DNA from: Eubacteriales bacterium
Lineage (GTDB): Bacteria; Bacillota; Clostridia; Oscillospirales; CAG-272
Length of the DNA: 35,958 nt
Direction: 5' to 3'
NCBI GenBank assembly: GCA_045533755.1
Contig: JAZSIJ010000010.1
Span: 1 to 35,958 of the forward strand
Both the position numbers and the translations under genes were made by a program. Under the pieces are notes generated by a model. The model made no database searches and was not told where the DNA came from. It was given only the letters and a program-made list of their open reading frames with translations. The first letter of the stretch is position 1. Each line of letters starts with the position of its first letter. Shown here piece by piece: positions 23,811 through 33,825 of this stretch.

Positions 23811-25250
23811 TTAATCTTTCGTTTTGAGTGCGTTCGTAAGACCTCCGCCTTTGTTCATATCCTCGATATGACACAGAAGGGCAAGCGCTGCCATTGGATA
23901 GAGCATCGTATAGAAGCAGAACACAAAAACGTCGAGCAGGCTCTCCGCCACAATCGTAAAGGCGGCAAGTCCGAGCATTGTTTTTATCAGCGAGGGCTTG
24001 TCAATGACAAGACGCGATGCATCGACAATATAGTAGAGATAGGCTGCAAGGCCGAAAGCTCCCGCAGAGCCGAGAAGCTCAAGCACCGTATTATGCGCCA
24101 TCGTGGGCATAACGGCTATCGATATATACACGTCGTCGTAAACCTCGCCAAGAGTAAAGAAGCCCGCGCCGAAGAGCTTGTTCTCGGCAAAGAGCCGCCA
24201 AGCGTGTCCCCAAAGCTTGAAGCGTCCGTTGTCGCTCGTGCCGTACTTTATGAAGCTATGGAAAATCAGGACTATTTCTTCTCTCATCACCAAAAACAAA
24301 ACCAAAGCAGCGGCTGCGCCCAAAATGAGCGTGGCTACGAACATAGGACGCCTTTTGCCCGACTTAAAGCAGGCAAAGACGATAGAGACAATAAGAACGA
24401 GCGTTCCGAAAAGAAAGGCGTTTCTCGAGCAGGTAGAGACTGCTCCTGCGTAAACGAGCAGCGCTGTGACAAGGTAAATCCAGCCGTGCTTTGCCTTCAT
24501 CGCCCCGTAAAAGAGCACCGGAATAAATCCGACGAGGATTGAGGCAAGCGGATTTGAGGTTGACCATCCAAGATAAACGTTTTCCTTGATTATAGAGCCT
24601 GCTTCGGAAATGGCGTCGCCAAAGAGGAAAAGATGCCCGAGCTGAATGAGTATCATATAAGACATAACGAGCGTTATATAGCAGAAGTATTCAATAAGCT
24701 CCTCGGTGCTTTTCTCTACGGAGAGACCAAGGTAGAAAAGATAGAAAACGAGAAGATATATCAAAAGCTGACCTGCGCCGAAGGCAAGAGACTCGGGCTT
24801 CCAGGTTTCCGAAAAAGCGCCGTTCAGCAAAAAGGCAAGCGACAGGACGAGCGTAGGCAAAAGAAGCCGCGTTTTCCTGATATTTATCCTGCGGTAAAGG
24901 CGGTTGCGGACGATGAAGAATACTATCGCAAAAACGGCTATGCTCCCGAGCGCGATTATTACGGGCAGACGCCACTCGGTGAAGTAGTAGTCGGAATAGA
25001 CCGGATTTGCCGGAGAATGCTCTCGTGACACTTGAAAGACAAATGCGGGAACGGTGATAAGCATCGGCCTTACCGAGCGGCAGACGAGAAGAGCCGTGAC
25101 GGCAAGAGCGAGGCTCAGAAAATTGAAATAGAACTCAAGTCCCGTTATATGTCCGAGTGTGACGACGGCGGCGAAGACGAGAGGATACAGCTTCCCCATA
25201 AAGAATGCCGAGAGCAGTCGGCTGAATTCCTGCGCTTTTACCTTTTGCAT
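23811..25250 (-). CDS. O-antigen ligase / Wzy-like polymerase family protein
   Basis: Multi-TM; N...(S/T)CSRNA, GRFKLW...FGAG and AHNTVLELL...G.FG motifs. Confidence 0.85.
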   Translation of the reverse strand: MQKVKAQEFSRLLSAFFMGKLYPLVFAAVVTLGHITGLEFYFNFLSLALAVTALLVCRSVRPMLITVPAFVFQVSREHSPANPVYSDYYFTEWRLPVIIALGSIAVFAIVFFIVRNRLYRRINIRKTRLLLPTLVLSLAFLLNGAFSETWKPESLAFGAGQLLIYLLVFYLFYLGLSVEKSTEELIEYFCYITLVMSYMILIQLGHLFLFGDAISEAGSIIKENVYLGWSTSNPLASILVGFIPVLFYGAMKAKHGWIYLVTALLVYAGAVSTCSRNAFLFGTLVLIVSIVFACFKSGKRRPMFVATLILGAAAALVLFLVMREEIVLIFHSFIKYGTSDNGRFKLWGHAWRLFAENKLFGAGFFTLGEVYDDVYISIAVMPTMAHNTVLELLGSAGAFGLAAYLYYIVDASRLVIDKPSLIKTMLGLAAFTIVAESLLDVFVFCFYTMLYPMAALALLCHIEDMNKGGGLTNALKTKD

Positions 25251-25277
25251 ACTTCCTCCCTTCGTCCCGGCACGAAT

Positions 25278-26345
25278 TTATTCGAGCTCGGACTCTATTG
25301 TCTTCAAAACGAGAGGGAAAACCCTCTTTCTTTCATAAAATCTGTATCTTTCCTCTGCCTCGGAAGAGCCAACCAGCCCCTTGTCATGAGCCATATATAT
25401 CGCCTCGACGAATGCCGAGGCGTCTCCCTCGGGGTACAAAGTGCCCACCCGTGTTGAATTAACGACGTCACGGTGACCCTTAATATCCGAAATAACGGTA
25501 TAGCAGCCGCAGCCGAGCGCCTCGACTATATTGAAGGGCAGCCCCTCGATTTTCGCCGCGCTCACGTAAAGACTGCATGCACGCATAAAGTCGCAGGCGT
25601 CGGTGCGCTTACCGAAGAAGGTCACCGAGTCAGAGCAGCCGAGGCTCCGTGCAAGCGTCTGCAAATTCTCTCGCTCCGAGCCGTCGCCAACCAGCCAAAG
25701 CTGAGCGTTAGGTATTCTCTCCTTGACTTTCGGCAGGGCGCGGATAAGAAACTCTTGATTTTTCCTTGCCGAGAGCTCACCCACGAAAAGAAGGGCGTAT
25801 TTTCCCTCTCCGTACTCCCGTCTTATCTCCTCGGGCGGAGTGATAACCTCCCTTATTTCGACTCCAACGCCGTCAACGAAGGACACTTTACCTCGGCAAA
25901 GCCGCATTTTCTCGGCTATTTCTCTGTCCTCGGCGTTCATGACTATTATAGCGTCAGTCCTCGGCGCAACCAGCCTCTCGCAAAGCGAAAGAAGCCTTCT
26001 TTTAATAAAGCCGGTATTCCTCGAAAAGAGGTAGCCGTGTACGATATTTATAACTCTCGGGCGCGCGCGCCTCGGAAGAGCAAGTCTGATATGAAACGCC
26101 GCAAGGGTGGTGTTAAGGATAACGGCATCAAAGCCCTCACGCTTTATTATCTCGCGTATCCTGCGTCTGCAGGCGGTGTTCTTTGGTGAGAAAAACTTTT
26201 TTTCAAAGGGTATATCGTAATCGGCGCCCTCTCCTCTCGCCATCACAGAGACGGTGTGTCCGTGCCGGCGGAGAGCCTCTATATATCCGAGGTGGAAGTT
26301 TTTGATATGCGTCATATTTGAGGCGGCGTAAAGAATTTTACTCAT
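25278..26345 (-). CDS. Glycosyltransferase family 4 (GT-B)
   Basis: FVGELSARKNQ, LVGDG and EGLPFNIVEA motifs; start MSKILYAAS at 26345. Confidence 0.9.
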   Translation of the reverse strand: MSKILYAASNMTHIKNFHLGYIEALRRHGHTVSVMARGEGADYDIPFEKKFFSPKNTACRRRIREIIKREGFDAVILNTTLAAFHIRLALPRRARPRVINIVHGYLFSRNTGFIKRRLLSLCERLVAPRTDAIIVMNAEDREIAEKMRLCRGKVSFVDGVGVEIREVITPPEEIRREYGEGKYALLFVGELSARKNQEFLIRALPKVKERIPNAQLWLVGDGSERENLQTLARSLGCSDSVTFFGKRTDACDFMRACSLYVSAAKIEGLPFNIVEALGCGCYTVISDIKGHRDVVNSTRVGTLYPEGDASAFVEAIYMAHDKGLVGSSEAEERYRFYERKRVFPLVLKTIESELE

Positions 26346-27822
26346 TATTCCCGACCTCGCCCTCCTCGGTCTTTTCCTCCGACACGCCGTCCTGCGAGTC
26401 GGTGTCCGAATTTTCCTCGGTGGGAACGGTGTATATCTCATTCTTATTGAACGCCTTAAAGGGTGTGGCGAAGAGTATTGCCAAATCCATGCCGAGCGTC
26501 CAGTTCTCGATATACTCTATATCCTCACGTATGCGCTTCTCAACCGAGGTATCTCCGCGAAGTCCCTTTACCTGCGCAAGACCGGTCATGCCCGGCTTTA
26601 CGTAATGCTTGACCATATAAAGCGGTATCGTCTGCTTGAATTCCTCGACGAAGTGGGGTATCTCGGGTCTCGGACCTACGAGCGACATATCGCCAAGGAG
26701 AACGTTGAAGAGCTGGGGAAGCTCGTCTATCGCGGTGCTTCTGATAAACGCGCCGAACTTGGTTTTTCTCGTGTCTCCCTTATGCGACCACGCCTTAGTC
26801 GACTCTCTGTTAAGGCGCATGGAGCGGAACTTATACATCGTGAATATTTTGCCCATCTTGCCCACTCTTCTCTGCTTGAAGAGAACGGGACCGGGCGAGG
26901 AAATAAATACTCCGATAGCGGCAAATATCATAATCGGCAGGGTGGCTATGATGAGGGCGAGTGAGCCGAGAATATCCATTATCCTCTTGACGAAGGCGTT
27001 CGCCGGGTTGTCAAGCGGTGTGCTGTGAATATTGATTATAGGCATATAGCCGACGCGCTCTATCTGACGCGCGGTCTTAAGGAAGCCGTAAATAACCGGA
27101 AGGAAATACACCTTAACGCATCTGTCATCACACATATTGACAAGCTTGATAAGGCTCTTCTTATCGTATGAATCTATCGCAAAGACGACGAAATCGGGAC
27201 TGTACTCGTCAAGCACGGCCTCAAGATCCTCAAAATCTCCGAGCTTGTCACAGCCAATCTCGTCACTCATCTTTCTTCCTACCGCACCGACCACAACAAT
27301 GCCGTTATCGGGGGTCTCGGATAATTGATTTATATACTCCTTCGCAGTCGTGATATTGTCACCGACTATTATAACCTTCTGGAGCTTGAACCGGTTTTTT
27401 CTCCAGGCGAGAATTATATTGACTATTATACGCTTTTTGAGCAGAAGGAACGCCGTGCTGATTATGCTGAAGACGGCAATCCAAACGAAGACGAAGTGTC
27501 TCTCCTCCCCCTCAAGCAAAATCGAGTTGAGAATAACGGCAAGCGAAAAGAATATGCAGTTAGCCCTGATTATATGGTGAATAAAGTGAGATATTTTGAC
27601 ATGGGGTACGGGGCGATAAATATTGAACGCCTGATAAATAAATGAGAGAACCAAAACCGAGACGAACATCGGGAGAATGACGGTATAATCGAAAATGTTT
27701 ACCGGCGCGCTGTTCATAATTACGACGGTGAGCATATACGACACTATCATAATGCCGAAGTTCAAGACTATATCAATAAAGTTCTCAAAGAGGTAAAAAA
27801 TGCCCGGTCTCTCGGATCTCAT
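26338..27822 (-). CDS. Undecaprenyl-phosphate glucose phosphotransferase (WcaJ-like priming transferase)
   Basis: KR.MD, YKFRSM, DELPQLFNVLLGDMSLVGPRP and KPGMTGLAQV motifs. Confidence 0.93.
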   Translation of the reverse strand: MRSERPGIFYLFENFIDIVLNFGIMIVSYMLTVVIMNSAPVNIFDYTVILPMFVSVLVLSFIYQAFNIYRPVPHVKISHFIHHIIRANCIFFSLAVILNSILLEGEERHFVFVWIAVFSIISTAFLLLKKRIIVNIILAWRKNRFKLQKVIIVGDNITTAKEYINQLSETPDNGIVVVGAVGRKMSDEIGCDKLGDFEDLEAVLDEYSPDFVVFAIDSYDKKSLIKLVNMCDDRCVKVYFLPVIYGFLKTARQIERVGYMPIINIHSTPLDNPANAFVKRIMDILGSLALIIATLPIMIFAAIGVFISSPGPVLFKQRRVGKMGKIFTMYKFRSMRLNRESTKAWSHKGDTRKTKFGAFIRSTAIDELPQLFNVLLGDMSLVGPRPEIPHFVEEFKQTIPLYMVKHYVKPGMTGLAQVKGLRGDTSVEKRIREDIEYIENWTLGMDLAILFATPFKAFNKNEIYTVPTEENSDTDSQDGVSEEKTEEGEVGNNE

Positions 27823-27859
27823 ATAAATCTCCTTTTAGGATTTTAAAGCTTTCAAATAT

Positions 27860-27888
27860 ATAATAGCACCTTTGCCGGCGTTTGTCAA
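27860..27888 (-). promoter_or_regulatory. Sigma-A promoter for the polysaccharide genes
   Basis: Minus strand TTGACA, 17 bp, TGcTATTAT; the -35 contains the MATE gene stop codon. Confidence 0.7.
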
Positions 27889-29261
27889 CAATTGTCGGCC
27901 TTCCTCTTTTTGTCGACGCCTCTCCAGCTTCCGAAGAAATAGAAGAAAATTCCGATAACGAATGGCGTGAAGCCTGCGAGGGCGTCGCCGAGCCAGAAGC
28001 CGTAGTGCCTCATATCAAGGGCGATGCCAAAGAGAAGCGACAGACCTATACGCATTATTATGCCGTCGAAAATTGCCGTTGCAAAATTGACCTTATAGTT
28101 TCCGCTTCCGTTGAGAAGAGCGTTCATTATCGCGCGGAGAGCGCTTCCGAAGAAGAGTAGCACTGCTATCGGCAGATATCCGCCAACGATAGCAAGGGTA
28201 TCGGGCTCATCGGCAAAGATAGAGAAGACGGCGTTCGGCATAAGGCAAATGAACACCGACGCCAAGCTCGCCATCGAAAGCATTATCACTGCAAGCACGC
28301 CGAGGGTGCGCTTTACCCTTTCCGTCTTCCCTGCGGCAATATTCTGACCGACTATCGTCGAGCCTGCCGTGTTCATTGCCGCCGAGATAAGATTGGCTAC
28401 GTTGTTTATCTTGTTGGAAAATCCCGAAAAGGCGGATATAGCAAGGCTGTAGGAATTTACCCAGGAGTTGACGAAGAGGCGCGACACCTGTATTGCCGCC
28501 ATCTTTATCGCCATGGGAGTGCCGAGCTTCAAGAGGTCGGAGAGCATCTCGCGGTCAAAGGTGAAAAGCTGACGGACTGTGATATCAAGCGCAAATCGCT
28601 CGCGGTTTTTGGCAAGGAACATAAGCGAAATAATGAAGCTCGCCGCCTGGCTTATTACGGTGGCGAGAGCCGCGCCGAGCGCTCCCCAGTCGAAGACGAA
28701 GACGAATATCAAATCAAGCACTACGTTGGCCACCGCGGCGATGGTGATGAAGACGAAGGGGTGCTTTGAGTCGCCCATTCCGCGCAAAACCGCGCTGACG
28801 GCATTGTAGCCGTAGATGAATATTAAGCCGACCATACAGACGGAGGAGTATTCGAGCGCGCCCACGTAAGACTCGCTCGGAGTATTCATAAGCGAGAGTA
28901 TTCCGTGGCGGAAAATCAGGGAAAGGACGCTGACCGCCGCAGCACTGATTAAGAGAAACGCAGACATTGTGCCCACAAAGCGCCCGATCTTATCACGTCT
29001 GCCCTCGCCTATGTACCTCGCTATGATAACCTGTCCCGCGTTCGAAAAGCCGATAGCCACGAAGGTCAGAAATGAGGCTACGTCGCCGCCAACTGACACC
29101 GCTGAGATGCCGGGATTGCCGAGTGCCTCGCCCACTACTACCATATCTATCATATTGTAGACTACCTGCAAAAGATTCGACAGGAAAAGCGGCAGAGAGA
29201 ATATAATAAGCTGCTTCGTTATGCTGCCCTTTGTAAAGTCCTTGATTTCGGTTGCGTTCAT
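27885..29261 (-). CDS. MATE-family efflux transporter
   Basis: FSLPLFLSNLLQVVYNMIDM, LRGMGDSKHP and NVVLDLIF...GALGAALATVISQ motifs. Confidence 0.93.
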   Translation of the reverse strand: MNATEIKDFTKGSITKQLIIFSLPLFLSNLLQVVYNMIDMVVVGEALGNPGISAVSVGGDVASFLTFVAIGFSNAGQVIIARYIGEGRRDKIGRFVGTMSAFLLISAAAVSVLSLIFRHGILSLMNTPSESYVGALEYSSVCMVGLIFIYGYNAVSAVLRGMGDSKHPFVFITIAAVANVVLDLIFVFVFDWGALGAALATVISQAASFIISLMFLAKNRERFALDITVRQLFTFDREMLSDLLKLGTPMAIKMAAIQVSRLFVNSWVNSYSLAISAFSGFSNKINNVANLISAAMNTAGSTIVGQNIAAGKTERVKRTLGVLAVIMLSMASLASVFICLMPNAVFSIFADEPDTLAIVGGYLPIAVLLFFGSALRAIMNALLNGSGNYKVNFATAIFDGIIMRIGLSLLFGIALDMRHYGFWLGDALAGFTPFVIGIFFYFFGSWRGVDKKRKADNC

Positions 29262-29371
29262 TTATTTTTCCACTTCTTGTATTGAAATATATTACTGAAT
29301 ATTTATTGTAGCATACTTTTACGCTTTTTTCAAGTTTTGGAGCAAACTTACCCTAAGTTTTTTTGTTTTAC

Positions 29372-29400
29372 TTGACACGGGGGGACGGGTGTGGTAAAAT
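29372..29400 (+). promoter_or_regulatory. Sigma-A promoter for rnc
   Basis: TTGACA, 17 bp, TGgTAAAAT. Confidence 0.75.
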
Positions 29401-29430
29401 ATGAGCAGTAAATTAAAGGAGGAGCTCCCT

Positions 29431-30420
29431 ATGAAATTTGACGAGCAGGTCGGAAAAATCGAGAAAATTATAGGCTACAGCTTTAGTGACCGCGCGCTTC
29501 TCAGGCAGGCATTCACGCGCAGCAGCTATTGCAACGAGCAGGGACGAGCCTCCCTGCAATCAAACGAGGTGCTCGAGTTTATCGGCGACAGCGCGCTCTC
29601 GACGGCAATAATCACCCTGCTTATGAGGGAACGCTCCGAGCGCTGTGAGGAGGGGCTTCGCACGACGCTCACCGAGGGCGACTTCTCAAATATCAAGGCG
29701 GCGCTCAGCAACAAGCGCAATCTTTCGGTCAGCACCGAGAGGCTCGGACTTGAGAAATATCTTATCGTAGGCGAGGGCGACGAGAGGCTCGGTGTCAGGT
29801 CGCAGCCGTCTGTGATGGAGGACCTCTTTGAGAGCATTATCGGCGCTATATTCGTAGATTCGGGAATGCGTATTGAGCCTGTAATAGACGCGGTTAAGAG
29901 AATGCTCGACACCTCGGTCTACGACTTTACCGACGCGGCACGTGCCGTCCCTCAGAGCGCGAAAAACGAGCTTCAGGAGTGGTGCGCCAAAAAAACCGTT
30001 AGGCTTCCCGCCCCCGTTTACAAAACGCTGTCCGAAAGCGGCCCCGACCATCAGAAAATCTTCGTACGAGGCTGTTATATTGGCGAGGAGCTGTACGGCT
30101 GTGGCGAGGGCAAGAGCACCAAGTCGGCTGACTCCGCCGCGGCAGAGGAGGCTCTCAAAAGGCTGAAGAGCGAGCACTCCGACGCCACAGGAGAGCCCGA
30201 ATATACCGAGCGTCTGCGCAAGCTCGCCGCCGAGGCGCACACAGCGCCCCCCGAATACACCGACCTTGGCGAAACCGAGCGCTCCTCAAGCTCCGAGCGT
30301 GAGTACAGATGCGAGTGTCGCCTTCTCGGAAGGAGCGCGCTTGGCATCGGCAAAAGCAAGCGCGAGGCAAGAAAAAACGCCGCAGAGGCGCTCCTTTTCC
30401 TCTTCGACGGAAAAAATTAA
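29431..30420 (+). CDS. rnc: Ribonuclease III with two dsRNA-binding domains
   Basis: NEVLEFIGDS signature, EDLFESIIGAIFVDSG, dsRBD AKNELQEW...SGPDH..F...GEGKS, second dsRBD ending GKSKREARKNAA; AAGGAGG RBS. Confidence 0.88.
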   Translation: MKFDEQVGKIEKIIGYSFSDRALLRQAFTRSSYCNEQGRASLQSNEVLEFIGDSALSTAIITLLMRERSERCEEGLRTTLTEGDFSNIKAALSNKRNLSVSTERLGLEKYLIVGEGDERLGVRSQPSVMEDLFESIIGAIFVDSGMRIEPVIDAVKRMLDTSVYDFTDAARAVPQSAKNELQEWCAKKTVRLPAPVYKTLSESGPDHQKIFVRGCYIGEELYGCGEGKSTKSADSAAAEEALKRLKSEHSDATGEPEYTERLRKLAAEAHTAPPEYTDLGETERSSSSEREYRCECRLLGRSALGIGKSKREARKNAAEALLFLFDGKN

Positions 30421-30515
30421 CAAAATCAACTTTTTTGTATTTGTCACTTGATTTATGGGTTTGAATATGATATACTGATAATGGCTTTTAGCCAAAAAAA
30501 CTTAGGAGAAACGAA

Positions 30516-30746
30516 ATGAAAGACTTAATCAAATCATTCGACAACCTTCCTTGGATAGCAAAAATCATTCTCTGCATCCCCGTGCTTGACATCGTTTGGG
30601 CTATCTACAGAATAATTAAGGGCGTTGCAAACAACGATGCGCTTCTTATCGTCGTTGGTATCATCTGGCTTATCGGCGGATGCACTATTACTTGGGTTTG
30701 GGACCTTGTCACCACCCTTCTTTATAAGCACCCCAAGCTTGCATAA
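30516..30746 (+). CDS. Small membrane protein
   Basis: AGGAG RBS; hydrophobic 76 aa. Confidence 0.75.
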   Translation: MKDLIKSFDNLPWIAKIILCIPVLDIVWAIYRIIKGVANNDALLIVVGIIWLIGGCTITWVWDLVTTLLYKHPKLA

Positions 30747-30780
30747 TGTAAACTAATATTTACATAGAAAAGCAACCGCG

Positions 30781-30962
30781 TTAGCATGATACTCCGTCAG
30801 GAGTATCATGCTAAGTTATGATTGCCCTTCGGGCAAGTTATGAGTTTTGATTGGCTACGCCAAGTTATGATGCCCTAACGGGCAGTTTGAAGTAACCGGG
30901 GCAATCATATCATAACGCTTGCGTGCAAGCTCATAACGGTGAGCGAAAGCGAACCTCATAAC
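30781..30962. repeat. Branched palindromic repeat cluster
   Basis: 15-bp perfect hairpin at 30781-30814; GTTATGA x3 then TCATAAC x3, with small hairpins between them. Confidence 0.75.
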
Positions 30963-31360
30963 TCTAAACTAAAACAGGTAGAAAAAGAGAGAACATTTCG
31001 GCTGTAAAACCGATTTGCTCTCTCTTCTGCTGTTATATGGGTTTTGGCTTAGCCCACTTGCATTTGACTAGTCAAATGCGATGCTTGCACTTTCGTCAAA
31101 GTTAAAATTCTCCGCTAAGGACATCACTCATTACGTTCTCTATCCTTTTTCTGCTTTTTCTCTAAAACTCAACACGGGTAGTGGGCAACCCGCGCTGAGC
31201 GCGGATTTCACCCGTCGCGCGCGACGGATTCTCGGCGGTTGTCACCAAAGATGCTCACTATACAAGAGGGATTAGGTTTGAGGGAGAAGCGTCGTCTTTG
31301 ACCCGAAGCCGTAGTTGCCTACGGCAAGTGGGAGAAAACGGCGGTTGTCACCAAAGATAA

Positions 31361-31891
31361 TCACTCTTGGGCGGGAATTATTAAGCCGTAGCTGCCCTCC
31401 GCCTTCCTCTTGTAAACCACGCAAACGTCACCCGACTGAGCATCGGTGAATGCGTAGAAGCTGTGTCCTACGAGATTCATCTGAAGAATTGCTTCCTCGG
31501 GGCTCATTGGCTTGAATGGGAAGGTCTTCACTCTAATCTCGAAGTCGCCCTCCTCTACGTACTCGTCATCGTCCTCCTCACCTATTATAAACGCACCCCG
31601 CTTGAGGTTCTTCTCTATCTTCGTCTTGTTTTTGCGTATCTGTCTTTCAAGCCCCTCAACTGCGCGGTCAAGCGCGGTCATAAAGGTTTCGCCCTCGTCC
31701 TCGCATCTGAAGACGGTACCGTTATAATTTATGGTAATCTCGATGATTTTCGTCCCCTTGCGAGTTTTACAGGTAACGAATGCCTCTGAGTCGTCGCCAA
31801 AGAACTTGTCAAATTTTGCAAGCTTCTTTTCTACGAGAGCCTTGAGACTTTCGCGAACCGTCATCTGTTTTCCGTAAATCGAAATCTTCAT
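31361..31891 (-). CDS. hpf: Ribosome hibernation promoting factor (long HPF / RaiA family)
   Basis: EKKLAKFDKFF, ALD.AV..LERQIRKNKTK and KPMSPEEAILQMNL.GH.F motifs; start may be at 31921. Confidence 0.92.
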   Translation of the reverse strand: MKISIYGKQMTVRESLKALVEKKLAKFDKFFGDDSEAFVTCKTRKGTKIIEITINYNGTVFRCEDEGETFMTALDRAVEGLERQIRKNKTKIEKNLKRGAFIIGEEDDDEYVEEGDFEIRVKTFPFKPMSPEEAILQMNLVGHSFYAFTDAQSGDVCVVYKRKAEGSYGLIIPAQE

Positions 31892-32133
31892 ACCGATTAC
31901 CATGCTCCTCTGTCGGAGCATCCTTTCCTTGATGTTGCGGAGGGTTTCCCCGGTGTAATTGAAATTACCCGCGGATTCCTATCCGCACTTATATTATAGC
32001 ATATTTTTTGTGAAAAATAAATAGTTTTTCAAAAATTTTCACACATTTTTTAAGAATTATGCACAAGAAACAAAATCCCACCGTTTAGTTACCTCATTTT
32101 GCACAAAAATCAGCGCAATATATATATTCTCTA

Positions 32134-32162
32134 TTGACACAATCGATTTTGTGTGATATAAT
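32134..32162 (+). promoter_or_regulatory. Sigma-A promoter
   Basis: TTGACA, 17 bp, TGaTATAAT; TGCACAA half-sites upstream. Confidence 0.8.
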
Positions 32163-32218
32163 GGAATAGAAGTGCCTGCGAAAGCTCACCGGTACCTTAC
32201 TCACGTAAAGGAGAAGCT

Positions 32219-32791
32219 ATGTCAAAGAGGAAGCAAACAGTTATTTTCATTATAGCCCAGATGCTTATTATTGCAATCACCGCAACGCTGTCTATTCTGA
32301 TATTCCAAGCCGTTAGTAACGCGCTGCACGTTGACGGCGGCACGACGCCTGACCCCTATCTATCCTTCAACCACGTTTTTTTCAGCGAGGAAGAAGCCGA
32401 ATCCTTTGACGGACTCAAGGGCTACGTACCTTTTCTGCTCGGAGATGCTGACTATTATAGCGGTCATCTCAGACACGACGGAACTAACACCGTCTATGAG
32501 TTCTACTACTCCGACATAATAAGAGGAGAGGAGCATACTTCCTATGACATATTCTTTGGTACGACACTGAAAAAGGAAAAGGGCAATCTTTTTGATAACG
32601 CCGATGTTATGGATATGTCGGGTATATCGGTAAAAATGCTGTACGCCGAGGACGAGCGAGGCAGTACGATACAGTTCGGCTTTGATTACAGCGGAAACGC
32701 CTACTACATCGAAATAGATAACCCGACGCCCGCATCCAGCGAGGACTATATGCCCGCGCTTGAGCAGCTTATTAACAAGCTGACAAAATAA
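32219..32791 (+). CDS. Membrane-anchored extracellular hypothetical protein
   Basis: AAGGAG RBS; single N-terminal TM helix. Confidence 0.75.
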   Translation: MSKRKQTVIFIIAQMLIIAITATLSILIFQAVSNALHVDGGTTPDPYLSFNHVFFSEEEAESFDGLKGYVPFLLGDADYYSGHLRHDGTNTVYEFYYSDIIRGEEHTSYDIFFGTTLKKEKGNLFDNADVMDMSGISVKMLYAEDERGSTIQFGFDYSGNAYYIEIDNPTPASSEDYMPALEQLINKLTK

Positions 32792-32840
32792 ATTCTCCCC
32801 AAAACCCTTCTAATTAAACAAACAGAAAGGAAAGCAACCT

Positions 32841-33761
32841 ATGAAAAAGCTACTGACAGCCCTCATTCTTCTCTTCTGTGCCGTAATGCTCGCTTCCTGC
32901 GGGGGCGACGTATACAGCGAATCGGCGTATTCCGACGCGCTGACCGACAAAACGCTCAACATGCAGGGCTTCTACATATCTACCGACGAATTTATCGGCT
33001 CGACGAGCAGTATCGCGGGGCTTTCGAAGGCTTCGTTTACCGTAGGTGACGAGAAAAAGGAGCTTCGCACCCTTGAATTTGACTCGGAATATCGCGACTA
33101 TTACACCTGCGCCTACCTTGCACCCGAGGCAATAAAGATAATAGACGATAGCTCCTTTGATTCAACTCCCGGCGTATTCTGGGCAGGAATAAAAAACCGA
33201 ATTCGCGGCTACGGCGCACTTGTTGAGGCGGGAGCTCTTGACGCGGGGAAATATCCGATTCTCTGGGTAGAGATAGCGAAGGGCGAGGAAATCCCCGAGA
33301 GCTACCGCGGCAAGACGCTTGTTATGATAACCGAGAGCCGCGGCGTAAAAATCACAGACCTTGCAGACGGCACGGAAGAGCTGCGCGAGGCGTTCTACGA
33401 GAGGCGCGAGCTATACGGCGCAACCACACTTCCCTCCGAATACACCGACCACAAGGCTGAGCTCGCCACCGACGCTATGCTGGTGTACGGTAAGTTCGAT
33501 TACGGCAATTCCATCTTTGGCACGACCGAGATATTCAATATGAGCTACTACCACGGGCTTGATATTACCGAGCTTGACGGCAAGAAATACGTGAAGGCTG
33601 CCGACTCGGTATATGCCACCTACGATTTCGAGAAGAGTGAGCAGGGCTCGATGCTTCTCACCGAGGCTTGCGACAGTAAGTCTGAGGGCGGCGTGTATTA
33701 TTTCGCGCTTGAGGATTTAAAGGAAATTTACCTATCCACCAACATTGAGCCTGCGGAATAA
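32841..33761 (+). CDS. Putative lipoprotein
   Basis: MKK-hydrophobic-LASC lipobox. Confidence 0.8.
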   Translation: MKKLLTALILLFCAVMLASCGGDVYSESAYSDALTDKTLNMQGFYISTDEFIGSTSSIAGLSKASFTVGDEKKELRTLEFDSEYRDYYTCAYLAPEAIKIIDDSSFDSTPGVFWAGIKNRIRGYGALVEAGALDAGKYPILWVEIAKGEEIPESYRGKTLVMITESRGVKITDLADGTEELREAFYERRELYGATTLPSEYTDHKAELATDAMLVYGKFDYGNSIFGTTEIFNMSYYHGLDITELDGKKYVKAADSVYATYDFEKSEQGSMLLTEACDSKSEGGVYYFALEDLKEIYLSTNIEPAE

Positions 33762-33777
33762 TGCCAGAATACAGTAC

Positions 33778-33809
33778 AGGCGACCTCGCTTGAGGTCGCC
33801 TGATTTTTT
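33778..33809 (+). terminator. Terminator between convergent genes
   Basis: AGGCGACCTC-GCTT-GAGGTCGCCT followed by a T tract. Confidence 0.7.
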
Positions 33810-33825
33810 GTTATTCGGGTCGGCT

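Noticed and set aside
23790-28809. Long plus-strand ORFs opposite the polysaccharide and MATE genes (and similar antisense ORFs elsewhere)
   Set aside because: Shadow frames of well-supported genes caused by codon bias; no RBS or recognisable motifs
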